This document shows, in pieces, positions 52,740 to 61,897 of a stretch of 64,000 nt of DNA. The translations under genes and the position numbers were made by a program. Source of the DNA: a virus; the IMG/VR virus record IMGVR_UViG_3300045988_028354. One strand, 5' to 3'. Each line of letters opens with the position of its first letter. Position 1 is the stretch's first letter. The notes under the pieces were generated by a model. It saw only the letters and a list, made by a program, of their open reading frames with translations. It did not search any database and had not been told where the DNA came from.

Positions 52740-53430
52740 GAAGAAAATCAATAATAAGTTTCTTACGAATATCCAAATTAGCTTCTCTTATACAGAGAAC
52801 TTTAGTTTCACCATATATGGATTTGATTACTCCCTCTGTTGCACCGTATTCCAAGAGTTGATTCTTAAAAATGTTCTTATAAATAGAAGATATTTCCTTA
52901 GTAGGTAAGAATCCCCACAAGTTCAATACGTTATCCATTATAGAAGATATTAAGAACTGGAAGTAATTGTTATCTATTCGTTTACCATTATCTTCCATAA
53001 CCCATTCCTTTACCATGGCAGTAGTAAAGTCTAATAGGATAAGATGAGTACATTGTTGATTGAGTAACATCTTGCAAGTTTCGAAAAAGTGTTCCATTTC
53101 ACATTTAGGAACATTCTTGGCTTGCTTGTAATAGAAATAGGCAGCTAAATCAAGATAGCTTCTATCTGTAACAAATCTATCCCTATCTCTGAACATTTTG
53201 TTTCTTAGGTTCATTACCTGAAAATCTTCGAGTAACAAATCCTTTGAATCCCTTTCTAACATCTCTTTATGAGACATATCCTTTGTTTTAGGTATTAAGT
53301 CTGATACACTACCAGATATAAAATCCAATACTGGAGGGTATTCTGTTACATCAAACTTAATCATCCCGGGAACTTCTTTTGCTAAAGTGGTTTTCCCAAC
53401 TCCACTTGCACCTGCAAACATTATTTTCAT
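52732..53430 (-). CDS. P-loop nucleoside/nucleotide kinase-like protein
   Basis: GASGVGKTT Walker A at the extreme N-terminus, plus VTDRSYLDLAAYF resembling the DRS/ERS box of the dNK/AAA_28 kinase family. Confidence 0.45.
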   Translation of the reverse strand: MKIMFAGASGVGKTTLAKEVPGMIKFDVTEYPPVLDFISGSVSDLIPKTKDMSHKEMLERDSKDLLLEDFQVMNLRNKMFRDRDRFVTDRSYLDLAAYFYYKQAKNVPKCEMEHFFETCKMLLNQQCTHLILLDFTTAMVKEWVMEDNGKRIDNNYFQFLISSIMDNVLNLWGFLPTKEISSIYKNIFKNQLLEYGATEGVIKSIYGETKVLCIREANLDIRKKLIIDFLHE

Positions 53431-54299
53431 TCGGATAACTCTTTAAATGGTTTAATAAATTCTTTAGTTAGGAACGAAGCCAGAGAATACTCTATGCACA
53501 GTTTCCTAAATTTATCATAGTTGAAAGTCTTCTTTCTCTTGAGAGGTATCTTATCTAAAGGGACATTACCTACAAACCAGAATAAATCAATCAACTTACG
53601 ATTCCTTTCCCAAGCTTCTTGGTACTCTTTATTAGGTTTAGCTTCCAAGTATTTGTAGATTGATTTATACTCATCTAATATCTTTCTTGCAGTTACTGGA
53701 CCTATACCTTTAAAACCAGGGATATCATCGGAAGTATCACCTACCATTGCAAGGTATTCAACTGTCTCATGGGAATGATAACCAAATAACTCTTTACAAT
53801 TACCCATTCGAATAACTTCATCCTTTCTTGGATTTAATATCCTAACGTTCTTGTTTAGAAGTTGATTAAAATCCTTATCTGATGATACCAAGATTACATT
53901 ATCTGAACGATAAGTATTAATAATTAGGTATGCTAAGAAATCATCTCCCTCATATTGAGTTTTATTCCTTTTATCAAATATATAAGAAATTCTTAGCATA
54001 CCCAATATCTTCATTATGATTGCCTTTTGTATTTGCAAGGATTCATAATCAACCGATATATTTTTTCTGTGTCCCTTATAGTTGGGCAATAACTTATTTC
54101 TTACCGGTGAATGACCGTTATCAAAGGTTATAACTACTTCGTTGGGTTCAAACCTGGTAAGATACATGTGAAGTGATTTGAAAAATCCAAATATTGCTCC
54201 ACTTGGTTTACCGTCTGTGGATTTAAGTTTCTCGAACTTGTGAAAAGATTGATGGAGAATGTTCTCTCCATCAATCAATAATACTGTTTTCTTACTCAT
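53427..54299 (-). CDS. 5-prime-3-prime exonuclease / flap endonuclease (T4 RNase H-like)
   Basis: LLIDGENILHQ, ITFDNGHS..R..L.P.YKGHR, YEGDDFLAYL, LVSSDKDFNQL, GDTSDDIPGFKGIGPVTARKIL. ATG at 54299 (MSKKTVLLIDG). Confidence 0.85.
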   Translation of the reverse strand: MSKKTVLLIDGENILHQSFHKFEKLKSTDGKPSGAIFGFFKSLHMYLTRFEPNEVVITFDNGHSPVRNKLLPNYKGHRKNISVDYESLQIQKAIIMKILGMLRISYIFDKRNKTQYEGDDFLAYLIINTYRSDNVILVSSDKDFNQLLNKNVRILNPRKDEVIRMGNCKELFGYHSHETVEYLAMVGDTSDDIPGFKGIGPVTARKILDEYKSIYKYLEAKPNKEYQEAWERNRKLIDLFWFVGNVPLDKIPLKRKKTFNYDKFRKLCIEYSLASFLTKEFIKPFKELSE

Positions 54300-55440
54300 C
54301 GTCTTCCTCCTCGTCATCTGACTCGTTAAATGATTCATATTCTACTCCATCTACTGGATATAAATTAGTAGTCAATGCTACTATCTTCTTTCTAGTTGTA
54401 CCGATAGTATTTATCTCAGCCTTCTTTAATAGTTTACGACGAAGTTCATCATCCTCTTCCAAAAGCTTTTGGAATTTCTCTTCACCTCTTGCAAGAGTTT
54501 TTCCTTTGAACTTATATACTCCACCTGAAGATTTTTCTATGATATCATTTTCTACCAATACATCCTCAAGAGCATAGCATCTATCAAAACCTACTTCATG
54601 GAACTTAGGATTGAAGTAAACCGGGCACTTACTGATTGTAGGTCTTGGAGGAGCAACTTTATTTTTAATAAGTCGGATTGTGACCAATTTACCAGCTTTC
54701 CGTTCTTTACCTTTCTGTTTAACAGTGATAGACTTGCCTGAGTAAAAGGCAGCTCTGATTGAAGCGTAGAACTTAAGTGCTGCACCTCCTGTAGTAGTTG
54801 TGTTATCTTTTCCAAATCCGACATTTAAAGCAGTTCTTAATTGGTTAATGTAAATCTGTGTAACTCCTAATCTATAGAATAATTCACTTCTGATACGGAA
54901 GTATTTGTAAAGAGCTTTTGCTCTACCTCCCATTTCAGCCTTACCCTCTACCATTTTAGAATCTATGTTATCTGCACAATCCATAGCAGCAATAGAATCT
55001 ATCACTAAGAGAATCGGTTCATTATTAGTTAATTGAGAACGTAAGTAAATTGCTAAATCTGCTACTGCGTCAGAAATATACTCGATTCGAGTATCTGTTA
55101 ATACCGTAACTTTTTCTGGGTCTACTCCATTAGCTTCTGCCCAAGAGTTCATCCAAGACTGTTCGGCATCTACCCATATAACATGCCCACCAAGTTGTTG
55201 ACAAGTATATGCAAAGTTATATGCAATAAGGGATTTACCAGAGGATTCTTCTCCAGCTACTTCAAGTACTTTACCAAATGGTATACCACCACCAAATGTA
55301 TAGTTGAGAGCAAAAAAAGTAGAAGGTAACCATAAGTTTGATTCCACTGTATCTGAAGCCAATCTCATGATACTACCATATTTCTTTAGTATCTCATTTT
55401 TTGTTGGTACCTTTAAACCAACTTTTGTTTTCTTTGCCAT
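54292..55440 (-). CDS. recA: RecA/UvsX-like recombinase
   Basis: Walker A GEESSGKS, Walker B-like LLVIDSIAAM, size 382 aa, acidic C-terminal tail. Confidence 0.85.
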   Translation of the reverse strand: MAKKTKVGLKVPTKNEILKKYGSIMRLASDTVESNLWLPSTFFALNYTFGGGIPFGKVLEVAGEESSGKSLIAYNFAYTCQQLGGHVIWVDAEQSWMNSWAEANGVDPEKVTVLTDTRIEYISDAVADLAIYLRSQLTNNEPILLVIDSIAAMDCADNIDSKMVEGKAEMGGRAKALYKYFRIRSELFYRLGVTQIYINQLRTALNVGFGKDNTTTTGGAALKFYASIRAAFYSGKSITVKQKGKERKAGKLVTIRLIKNKVAPPRPTISKCPVYFNPKFHEVGFDRCYALEDVLVENDIIEKSSGGVYKFKGKTLARGEEKFQKLLEEDDELRRKLLKKAEINTIGTTRKKIVALTTNLYPVDGVEYESFNESDDEEEDDE

Positions 55441-55463
55441 AATGTAATGTATTTAGACTAAAA

Positions 55464-55497
55464 AAGGTGATAACTGAACGAATCTAATTACCACCTT
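55464..55497 (-). terminator. intrinsic terminator
   Basis: aaggtgataa / ttaccacctt (9 of 10 bp). Minus-strand RNA is followed by U6. 29 nt after the stop of 55526..56347. Confidence 0.65.
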
Positions 55498-55525
55498 CGA
55501 ATGAAACCATATGTTTAACTAACCT

Positions 55526-56347
55526 TTAAATATCTGATTTATAACGTTTCTTCTTTTTCTTTTTGGGTTCATCATCCTCCATATAGTGGTCTCTGTGAAT
55601 CCCTTTCTTTTTTGACTTTTTCTTTGGTTTGTCATCCTCGTCATCGTCTCCTCCATGGTCTTCATTCAAAAACTTAGCAAGAAGTTCTTCCAGTTCATCA
55701 TATGATTTGATTTGAGAACGAACTATACCTTCAAGGTCTACAGTACCTTGATATTTCTTATCCAATTTAGTTGGTTTACAAGCACGAGCAGAATAAGTTG
55801 TATCAAGCTTACCAGAACCAGAACGAATAATTTTGATATCATACCCATTTCTTGGGTCTGTCATATCACCAGCTTCATCCTCATCAAGGTATAAGTCGAT
55901 AATATCTTGATAAACAGAGCGTGGAACTAGAACTCCCTTATCTTTACCTTCGTAATCGAATTTAGTTCCCTTTTCATCTGCATATACCGGACCACCGATA
56001 ACATATCTTCTTCTTGGTACAAGGGTTTTTGCAAGTTCTTTGTCATCCTCATCCTTTGAGTTTTTCAATTCCTGGTATTTTTCCATGAAAGGACATGGTT
56101 CATCAAAAGTAGCCGGAGATATTACTCCCCCCAAATTACCTCCAAGATAGAACTGAACAATTTCGATTCCCAATTCTTGGTCATCACCCGGAGATTTAAT
56201 TCTCATTCGTAAAGTACCTTCTTTAGGGAATACCAAACCATTGCCGTTTCCCTTAGATTCTAGCTGTTTCTTTCTAGCCAGCATCTTTTCTTTTGTAGAA
56301 AGTCCATCTGATGAAACTTTCTTTTTTTTCTTTTTGTCAAGTGCCAT
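55526..56347 (-). CDS. putative ssDNA-binding protein
   Basis: 273 aa. Called from its position next to the recombinase, its basic N-terminus and its acidic/basic C-terminal tail. Family not verifiable by eye. Confidence 0.45.
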   Translation of the reverse strand: MALDKKKKKKVSSDGLSTKEKMLARKKQLESKGNGNGLVFPKEGTLRMRIKSPGDDQELGIEIVQFYLGGNLGGVISPATFDEPCPFMEKYQELKNSKDEDDKELAKTLVPRRRYVIGGPVYADEKGTKFDYEGKDKGVLVPRSVYQDIIDLYLDEDEAGDMTDPRNGYDIKIIRSGSGKLDTTYSARACKPTKLDKKYQGTVDLEGIVRSQIKSYDELEELLAKFLNEDHGGDDDEDDKPKKKSKKKGIHRDHYMEDDEPKKKKKKRYKSDI

Positions 56348-56348
56348 A

Positions 56349-56741
56349 TCAATCGTTATTATTTGGTTCTGAGTAGATTACCTCATTCATACTTAACACC
56401 GTTAAAGTGTTCTTTTCCAAAAGTTGTTGTAAGCCAGGAGTAAGCTTATCTGTTTCAAATTCCATTTCCTTGCCTGCATACAAACCATAGGTAACTATTC
56501 TACCTATTTGCACCAGGTCCCGGTAAGTTCTGTATTCTTCGGTAATCTCCCCGAGTTTAACTATAACTCCCTTACGAGGAACTCCCTCTTTTACTTGTTC
56601 CGGGATAATAAGCCCAGAACGAGTTTGGTTTACTTCTTTTGGTGATAAGATAAGAACCCTGTTTTCAGTTGGACATCCTGGTAATTGTTTGTCAAACTGA
56701 TCTGCTACCATAGCAGAGATGAAAGTTAATGAATAATTCAT
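56349..56741 (-). CDS. groES: GroES-like co-chaperonin (T4 gp31 analogue)
   Basis: SGLIIPEQVKEGVPRKGVIVKLGE...GRIVTYGLYAGKEMEF parallels GroES GGIVLP..AKEKP..G.VVAVG...GD.V.F.KY.GTE. Confidence 0.65.
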   Translation of the reverse strand: MNYSLTFISAMVADQFDKQLPGCPTENRVLILSPKEVNQTRSGLIIPEQVKEGVPRKGVIVKLGEITEEYRTYRDLVQIGRIVTYGLYAGKEMEFETDKLTPGLQQLLEKNTLTVLSMNEVIYSEPNNND

Positions 56742-56782
56742 ATTCTAATTCGTTTTTAAAAGTTAGTAATTACTTATAGTTA

Positions 56783-57202
56783 TTATTGTTGCTTCCTCAT
56801 GTTGGCATTAATAGTTCTCAAGATATTCTCCCGACTCTCGTATGCTCTACATATTGAAATATACTTGTTAGCCTTTTCTACTGCTTTCAAATATCGTTGA
56901 TATATCGACTTATACTTTGGAGATATATTAGCCTTATGAGCAACGTAGTCATTATTGAACCTTTCATTAGATTCTTTAATAAATATCCAAGCAGCAGAAT
57001 AAGCTTCATCCTTTTCTCTTGCTAGAGCATCTCTTTCTTTAATATACTTATCTCTTAATGAGCAAAGTATATAATAACTAGTAGGAGATTCCCTTAACTG
57101 AGAGTTAATGATATTTTCATTAATGGATAATTCCTTAGCAATATCTATGGTTATGATATTGCCCTCGAATTTAACCTTTAGTTTCTTCAGTTCCGTTTTC
57201 AT
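56783..57202 (-). CDS. hypothetical protein
   Basis: 139 aa. Confidence 0.6.
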   Translation of the reverse strand: MKTELKKLKVKFEGNIITIDIAKELSINENIINSQLRESPTSYYILCSLRDKYIKERDALAREKDEAYSAAWIFIKESNERFNNDYVAHKANISPKYKSIYQRYLKAVEKANKYISICRAYESRENILRTINANMRKQQ

Positions 57203-57689
57203 GTACTTTCAATAAATTCTTAAAATCTTCTTTTGAATATTTACCTTCTTGAATTGCTTTAGATACCTGAGCAAATGCACAATGATACGCAGTATCTAAA
57301 CCAGGCAAGTGAAGAATAGATTCATACTTACCAATTATATCAATTAAAGCCTTGAATCTTAAGTCACATAGGTTATCTGTTCCTCCTCTATCTACTAGAG
57401 TCATAAACAGAGCCCAATAAATATGAGTAGCATCTTCATAAGCTAACCTTGCATCTTCATCCTTCATTACACCAAATGCCAAATCCTCTAATAGTTTGAG
57501 ATTTGATTGAAGTTGCTCTATCTGAGACCTAACTCGGTTGAATACCATTTTATCTCTACCGACTAATCTCAAATTACATAGGTCTAATTGACGATTGAGA
57601 TTTTGAATAGAGAACTCTAAGCAGGCAGATATCATATAGGTTAAAGATGATAGCCTATTTGTATTCATTATTTGTTCTTCAGTTGCCAT
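57171..57689 (-). CDS. hypothetical protein
   Basis: 172 aa. Confidence 0.6.
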   Translation of the reverse strand: MATEEQIMNTNRLSSLTYMISACLEFSIQNLNRQLDLCNLRLVGRDKMVFNRVRSQIEQLQSNLKLLEDLAFGVMKDEDARLAYEDATHIYWALFMTLVDRGGTDNLCDLRFKALIDIIGKYESILHLPGLDTAYHCAFAQVSKAIQEGKYSKEDFKNLLKVHENGTEETKG

Positions 57690-57709
57690 AGTTTATAATA
57701 TTTTATTAT

Positions 57710-57919
57710 TTATGTTGTCATAGTATCCTCTTTCTTCACTTCTGTAGGTGATTTTGGATTTTCTTTATGATGAAGATACCTATTACAACCTGGGCACTTA
57801 ACTAATTTGCAATCAGCAAAAGTGGATGAATCTACTTCTGAGTAGTCATATTCAAATTCACAATCACAGTATGGACATTTAGCTCGCCATACCGTGGGTC
57901 CATTCAAAATCTTTTTCAT
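57710..57919 (-). CDS. zinc-ribbon protein
   Basis: 69 aa with CPYCDC...CPGCNRY. Confidence 0.6.
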   Translation of the reverse strand: MKKILNGPTVWRAKCPYCDCEFEYDYSEVDSSTFADCKLVKCPGCNRYLHHKENPKSPTEVKKEDTMTT

Positions 57920-60170
57920 AATCCTTCATTTGTTTATTAAATCTCTCTTTAAATTGCTTAATGTGGATATGTTTATATTTCTTATGTTCAGCCATATATT
58001 CCTCTACTGAGAAATCTGGTTGTAACATCTTATTATAATCATACCCAGGAATAAATGGTAATTCCTCTGCCATAGTTCTACCAATGGTAAAATCCATATC
58101 CATATCAACATCATCAACTTGAAATCCGAAATATCTCTTTGTACTTGGATTACGTAGAATATTCCAGATTGTATATACAGTCCATGTATTAATATCTTGA
58201 GGTTTAGAATACATATATACAGCATCATGTACTGTACAAGCTTCTTTCATCATGGGTAATTTACCTTGTCTCATTAACCAATAAACAAGGATAGCTCCAA
58301 AATTGGTCATATTTGCTGCAGCACCTTGACATGGGAAATTAAGACCTAAACGAATTGCATAAGCAACTTCTTGCTTATCATTTGAATATATCTGTGGGAG
58401 TCTTCGTTTAGTACCAAATAACTGTGTATAATACCCATGCTTACGAAGGAATTTCTCTTGTTTCTCTTTAAACTTCCTAATTTTAGGATGTTGACCAAAG
58501 AATACTTCCATTTCCTTTGCTGCTTCTTCTGGTGTAACTATAATACCTGCTTTTGGGTCAGATAGTTTAACTGCTAGCAATTTATTACCAATTCCATAAA
58601 TAAGTCCAAATGCAATCTGTTTAGCTTGCTTTCTCCTTACCTTCCATAGTTTATAATCTGGATGTGTTTCATCTTCATAGGCTTTACTTGCTTCTTCGAT
58701 TGATACACCATATTTTGCTGCTGCTATACCAAGGTGAGGGTCTACTCCCTTAGCAAATGCTTCCAGATATGTTTCGTCTCCTGATAGATGAGCCATCATT
58801 CTTAGCTCTGCCTGAGAATAGTCGAATGCCATATATAAATAACCGGGGGGAGCAACCAACTGTTTCTTGATATTTGGGTCTACAGAGGTTTTTGGTATTT
58901 GCTGCATATTTGGGTCAGCAGAACTGAATCGATTAGAATCAGTACCATGTATATTATATCTACCGTGTAATCGAGAATCATCTTGGACTTTTTCATGCCA
59001 ACCCTCAATATAAGTAGTATACATTTTCTGTAAACCTCTTAATTCAAGTAGCTTATCAAGGAATATTGCTTTTGGGGATTCTGGGTCTTTTACGGTTAAC
59101 CTTAATTCAACTAGTGTATCTTCATCCGTACTTGGCTTACCTGATTCATTATTTTTAATTACTGGAAATTTAAAACCAGAATCTGAATACATAAGTTGGG
59201 GTAAATCAACTGGACTACCAAGATTAAGAGGTCTTATAAGTTCTTGCTCTTTCTTTGTAGTGAATATACCTGCACGAATGTTTGATATCTTTTGTTCCCT
59301 TGAATCAATCTTACGTTTATCTTTTGGGTCATTATAATCTAACTCTTCAAGTTCAGCCTCAATAGATTCGATATACCTTTCTATTTTATCTTGATTATAT
59401 TTCTTGGTAAACTTCTTTACCCTTGGTAAATCATAGATTGCTTGTCTAGCAGCATCTATCTTTGGTTTATATTCCTCAAGCAATTTCTGATTAAATTCCG
59501 TATCAAGGTATAACCCCTCTTTCTCTACCGAAGTTAATACCCGGGAATTACACATAAATAAATTACGAAATACCGAATACATCTTCAAGTCAATTAACTT
59601 CTTCTCAAAGAATATCATTAATCGTAACGTAAAGTCTGTATCTTGACAACCATATTTGCATAATGGGTCTAATTCTTTTTTATCCCAAGGTATCTTATCA
59701 AATTTATCTTGCTTTTCATAATCACCGTATTCTGGTAAATATCTTCTAACCATATCCTTTAACCCATGAGGTTTTTCCTCATTGAGAACATATTTTGCAA
59801 GCATACCATCTAAGCATGTACCTCTATAATAGATATGATACTTTTGATTAATCTGGTCATCAAATTTCCAGTTCCATGCAACCTTTACAATATCATAATT
59901 CTCAATAATCTCTTCCCCAAATTTCCTTAACATTTTCTTCCAGTTCCATCCCGGTGAAGTATATTCTTTTGTTTGGAAATGGTCTAATGGAATAGAAGCA
60001 CCAAACCCTGGCATCCAAGATACTGATAGAATAGTTGGCTTGAAACTTTTATTATAGATTGGTTCAGCATTAGTTTCGTAGTCACAGCAAGCATAACCAG
60101 TTGCTTTACAACAAGCAATTAGTTTCTTGAGTTCTCTTTTGTTCTTAATTATCTTATATCTTGTTTCCAT
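57879..60170 (-). CDS. polA: family A DNA polymerase with 3-prime-5-prime exonuclease domain
   Basis: Exo motifs CDYETN, NWKFDDQ, YGCQDTD. Pol motif A FDYSQAELRMMAHLSGD, motif B RRKQAKQIAFGLIYG, motif C TVHDAV. ATG at 60170 (METRYKII); the track start at 60251 is TTG. Confidence 0.9.
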   Translation of the reverse strand: METRYKIIKNKRELKKLIACCKATGYACCDYETNAEPIYNKSFKPTILSVSWMPGFGASIPLDHFQTKEYTSPGWNWKKMLRKFGEEIIENYDIVKVAWNWKFDDQINQKYHIYYRGTCLDGMLAKYVLNEEKPHGLKDMVRRYLPEYGDYEKQDKFDKIPWDKKELDPLCKYGCQDTDFTLRLMIFFEKKLIDLKMYSVFRNLFMCNSRVLTSVEKEGLYLDTEFNQKLLEEYKPKIDAARQAIYDLPRVKKFTKKYNQDKIERYIESIEAELEELDYNDPKDKRKIDSREQKISNIRAGIFTTKKEQELIRPLNLGSPVDLPQLMYSDSGFKFPVIKNNESGKPSTDEDTLVELRLTVKDPESPKAIFLDKLLELRGLQKMYTTYIEGWHEKVQDDSRLHGRYNIHGTDSNRFSSADPNMQQIPKTSVDPNIKKQLVAPPGYLYMAFDYSQAELRMMAHLSGDETYLEAFAKGVDPHLGIAAAKYGVSIEEASKAYEDETHPDYKLWKVRRKQAKQIAFGLIYGIGNKLLAVKLSDPKAGIIVTPEEAAKEMEVFFGQHPKIRKFKEKQEKFLRKHGYYTQLFGTKRRLPQIYSNDKQEVAYAIRLGLNFPCQGAAANMTNFGAILVYWLMRQGKLPMMKEACTVHDAVYMYSKPQDINTWTVYTIWNILRNPSTKRYFGFQVDDVDMDMDFTIGRTMAEELPFIPGYDYNKMLQPDFSVEEYMAEHKKYKHIHIKQFKERFNKQMKDYEKDFEWTHGMAS

Positions 60171-60225
60171 ATTAATAAATAGAAAGAGGGACATACCTAC
60201 ATGTAGTAGATACATCCCTCTAATG

Positions 60226-60996
60226 TTAGAATGAGTCCTGTAAATCTTCAAGATTGGTATTCAGGTATTTCCAATCTTTTTTATAAGAATGAAGAGAATC
60301 AATTGTATGGTATAAGTAACCGGGTTTAACTCCAACCTCTTTAGCTACATATTCCATAAGTCTCCATGCAAGGTATACATCATTACCAAAATGAGTAACA
60401 AAATCTGAACTCCTTTGGTGATAACAAATATGTAATACCTTCTCTCCTTTACCATTCTGACGAATAAGGAAATCATAATACATAGAGCAGGGAATACGTT
60501 TACTTCCATCAAGGAATCTTAAGTCTGTACCATGAAATATAGGGAGTACTGCCTTACGAGTATCATTATCCCTTTTAAGGAGTTCGATAACAGATTGCAT
60601 GGCAGAATCACAATTGAATGATGTACTACCATACAGATATAATTGATTCCAAATACGTTCTGGATAAGTATAATCAAATCTACCATTCACCAAGAACTGT
60701 TCCCATAAATCTTTTCTCAGTTCCCAAGCTTTACCCGGATTTAATTCGTACCAACCAATTCTTTCCTCAAACTCAGCATCTGCCCATTCTTTTGAATGCG
60801 AGAATACAAATAACCATACCGGGTCTCCGAGTGAAGTTAAGCAATATTGTTGGCAAATGAGTTCCTTTGTCTCAAATTCCTCATTACCTTCAATTACTTT
60901 ATTCTGATAGGTCTTTGGTTTTACAGTTTGACCGTAACTGTTGAGTTCTCTGCCAAGTTCTGACATTAACTCAAAAGAATTACTGTAGATTCTCAT
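60226..60996 (-). CDS. T4 gp42-like deoxycytidylate C5-modifying enzyme (ThyA fold)
   Basis: IPCSMYYDFLIR...HQRSSDFVTHFGNDVYLAW...IDSLHSY aligns by eye with T4 gp42 FMCTNTVQYLIR...MRSNDVVFGFRNDYAW...GSLHVY. The residue 8 positions after the RS.D aspartate is Asp, as in gp42 Asp179; ThyA has Asn177 there. Confidence 0.65.
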   Translation of the reverse strand: MRIYSNSFELMSELGRELNSYGQTVKPKTYQNKVIEGNEEFETKELICQQYCLTSLGDPVWLFVFSHSKEWADAEFEERIGWYELNPGKAWELRKDLWEQFLVNGRFDYTYPERIWNQLYLYGSTSFNCDSAMQSVIELLKRDNDTRKAVLPIFHGTDLRFLDGSKRIPCSMYYDFLIRQNGKGEKVLHICYHQRSSDFVTHFGNDVYLAWRLMEYVAKEVGVKPGYLYHTIDSLHSYKKDWKYLNTNLEDLQDSF

Positions 60997-61897
60997 TCTT
61001 CTGTTTCTTTAAAAGTTTCTTCTTATATGCTTTACGTTGAGAATAGGATATCACATTTTCTGGATATTCTATATCTTCATATTCTAATAGCAAGTCCTTT
61101 GCTAACAAAGCTTGGTATTCATATAAGTCCGGACGAAGTACTTTAAAACTCCTAAAGAATACCCTAAATGAAGACCATTCCTTTTCTGTACCATTTTGGA
61201 TTTTCTTATAAACTTCTTTAACTCTTTTAGTCCAAGGATTATCTATACCCTTAATTACTTTCTTAAGAGGTTTATAAGCCGAGTACATTAAGAGTGTCTC
61301 TACATTCCCATACATTTGAGTCGCAAATAGGTTGATTTGTACTGACTGGTCCGGCCCATACACATATTCGGCCATCCGTTGAATTAATAGGAAGTCGAAT
61401 ATTAACCTCTTTGTAATCTCTGATGCTCTGATTACCATTGTAATAACTGGGATGTCCTCTTGAAATCTCTTCGAAAAAGTTGCAGCAATTAAACATTGTT
61501 TACCGTTATCATGGTGATTATTGAACATATACGTAACATTGTAATTCTGATTATATTTGTTCTTCAGGATTCTTAGTTTGCTACGTAAGAGGTCTAACTT
61601 ATTAAAATCAATATAATTATTCAATAAGCTCGTCCACTTAGTCTCTTTGTAATTAAAACACCTGCCATAATCAAAATCTGGGTCTACCCATGCTTTACGT
61701 ATTTTTATAAACACATTGTATGCTACTGCAACTCCACTGTTTGCAGTAGCACCCTTATCAAAAAGAACGGGGTCTAATCTTAAGAAAGCCTCGTTCAATT
61801 TCTCCCATGCCTCTTGTGAAGTAGCAAACTCCAAAGAGTGGAGGGTCTCCTCCGTATTCGATTGAAGACCCTCTAATTTTCTATTCCATCCACTCAT
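60980..61897 (-). CDS. divergent paralog of the gp42-like enzyme
   Basis: Ungapped match of IRASEITKRLIFDFLLIQRMAEYV to QRSSDFVTHFGNDVYLAWRLMEYV. An upstream Cys (GKQCLIAATF) is retained. The phosphate-binding Arg pair and Ser look lost. Confidence 0.5.
   Translation of the reverse strand: MSGWNRKLEGLQSNTEETLHSLEFATSQEAWEKLNEAFLRLDPVLFDKGATANSGVAVAYNVFIKIRKAWVDPDFDYGRCFNYKETKWTSLLNNYIDFNKLDLLRSKLRILKNKYNQNYNVTYMFNNHHDNGKQCLIAATFSKRFQEDIPVITMVIRASEITKRLIFDFLLIQRMAEYVYGPDQSVQINLFATQMYGNVETLLMYSAYKPLKKVIKGIDNPWTKRVKEVYKKIQNGTEKEWSSFRVFFRSFKVLRPDLYEYQALLAKDLLLEYEDIEYPENVISYSQRKAYKKKLLKKQKNENLQ

Noticed and set aside
60226-60996. Calling this gene an ordinary thymidylate synthase.
   Set aside because: The specificity position carries Asp (an N-D pair as in T4 gp42), not the Asn of ThyA. 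The N-terminal half lacks the ThyA boxes I remember. A cytosine-directed enzyme is more consistent, pending a real alignment.
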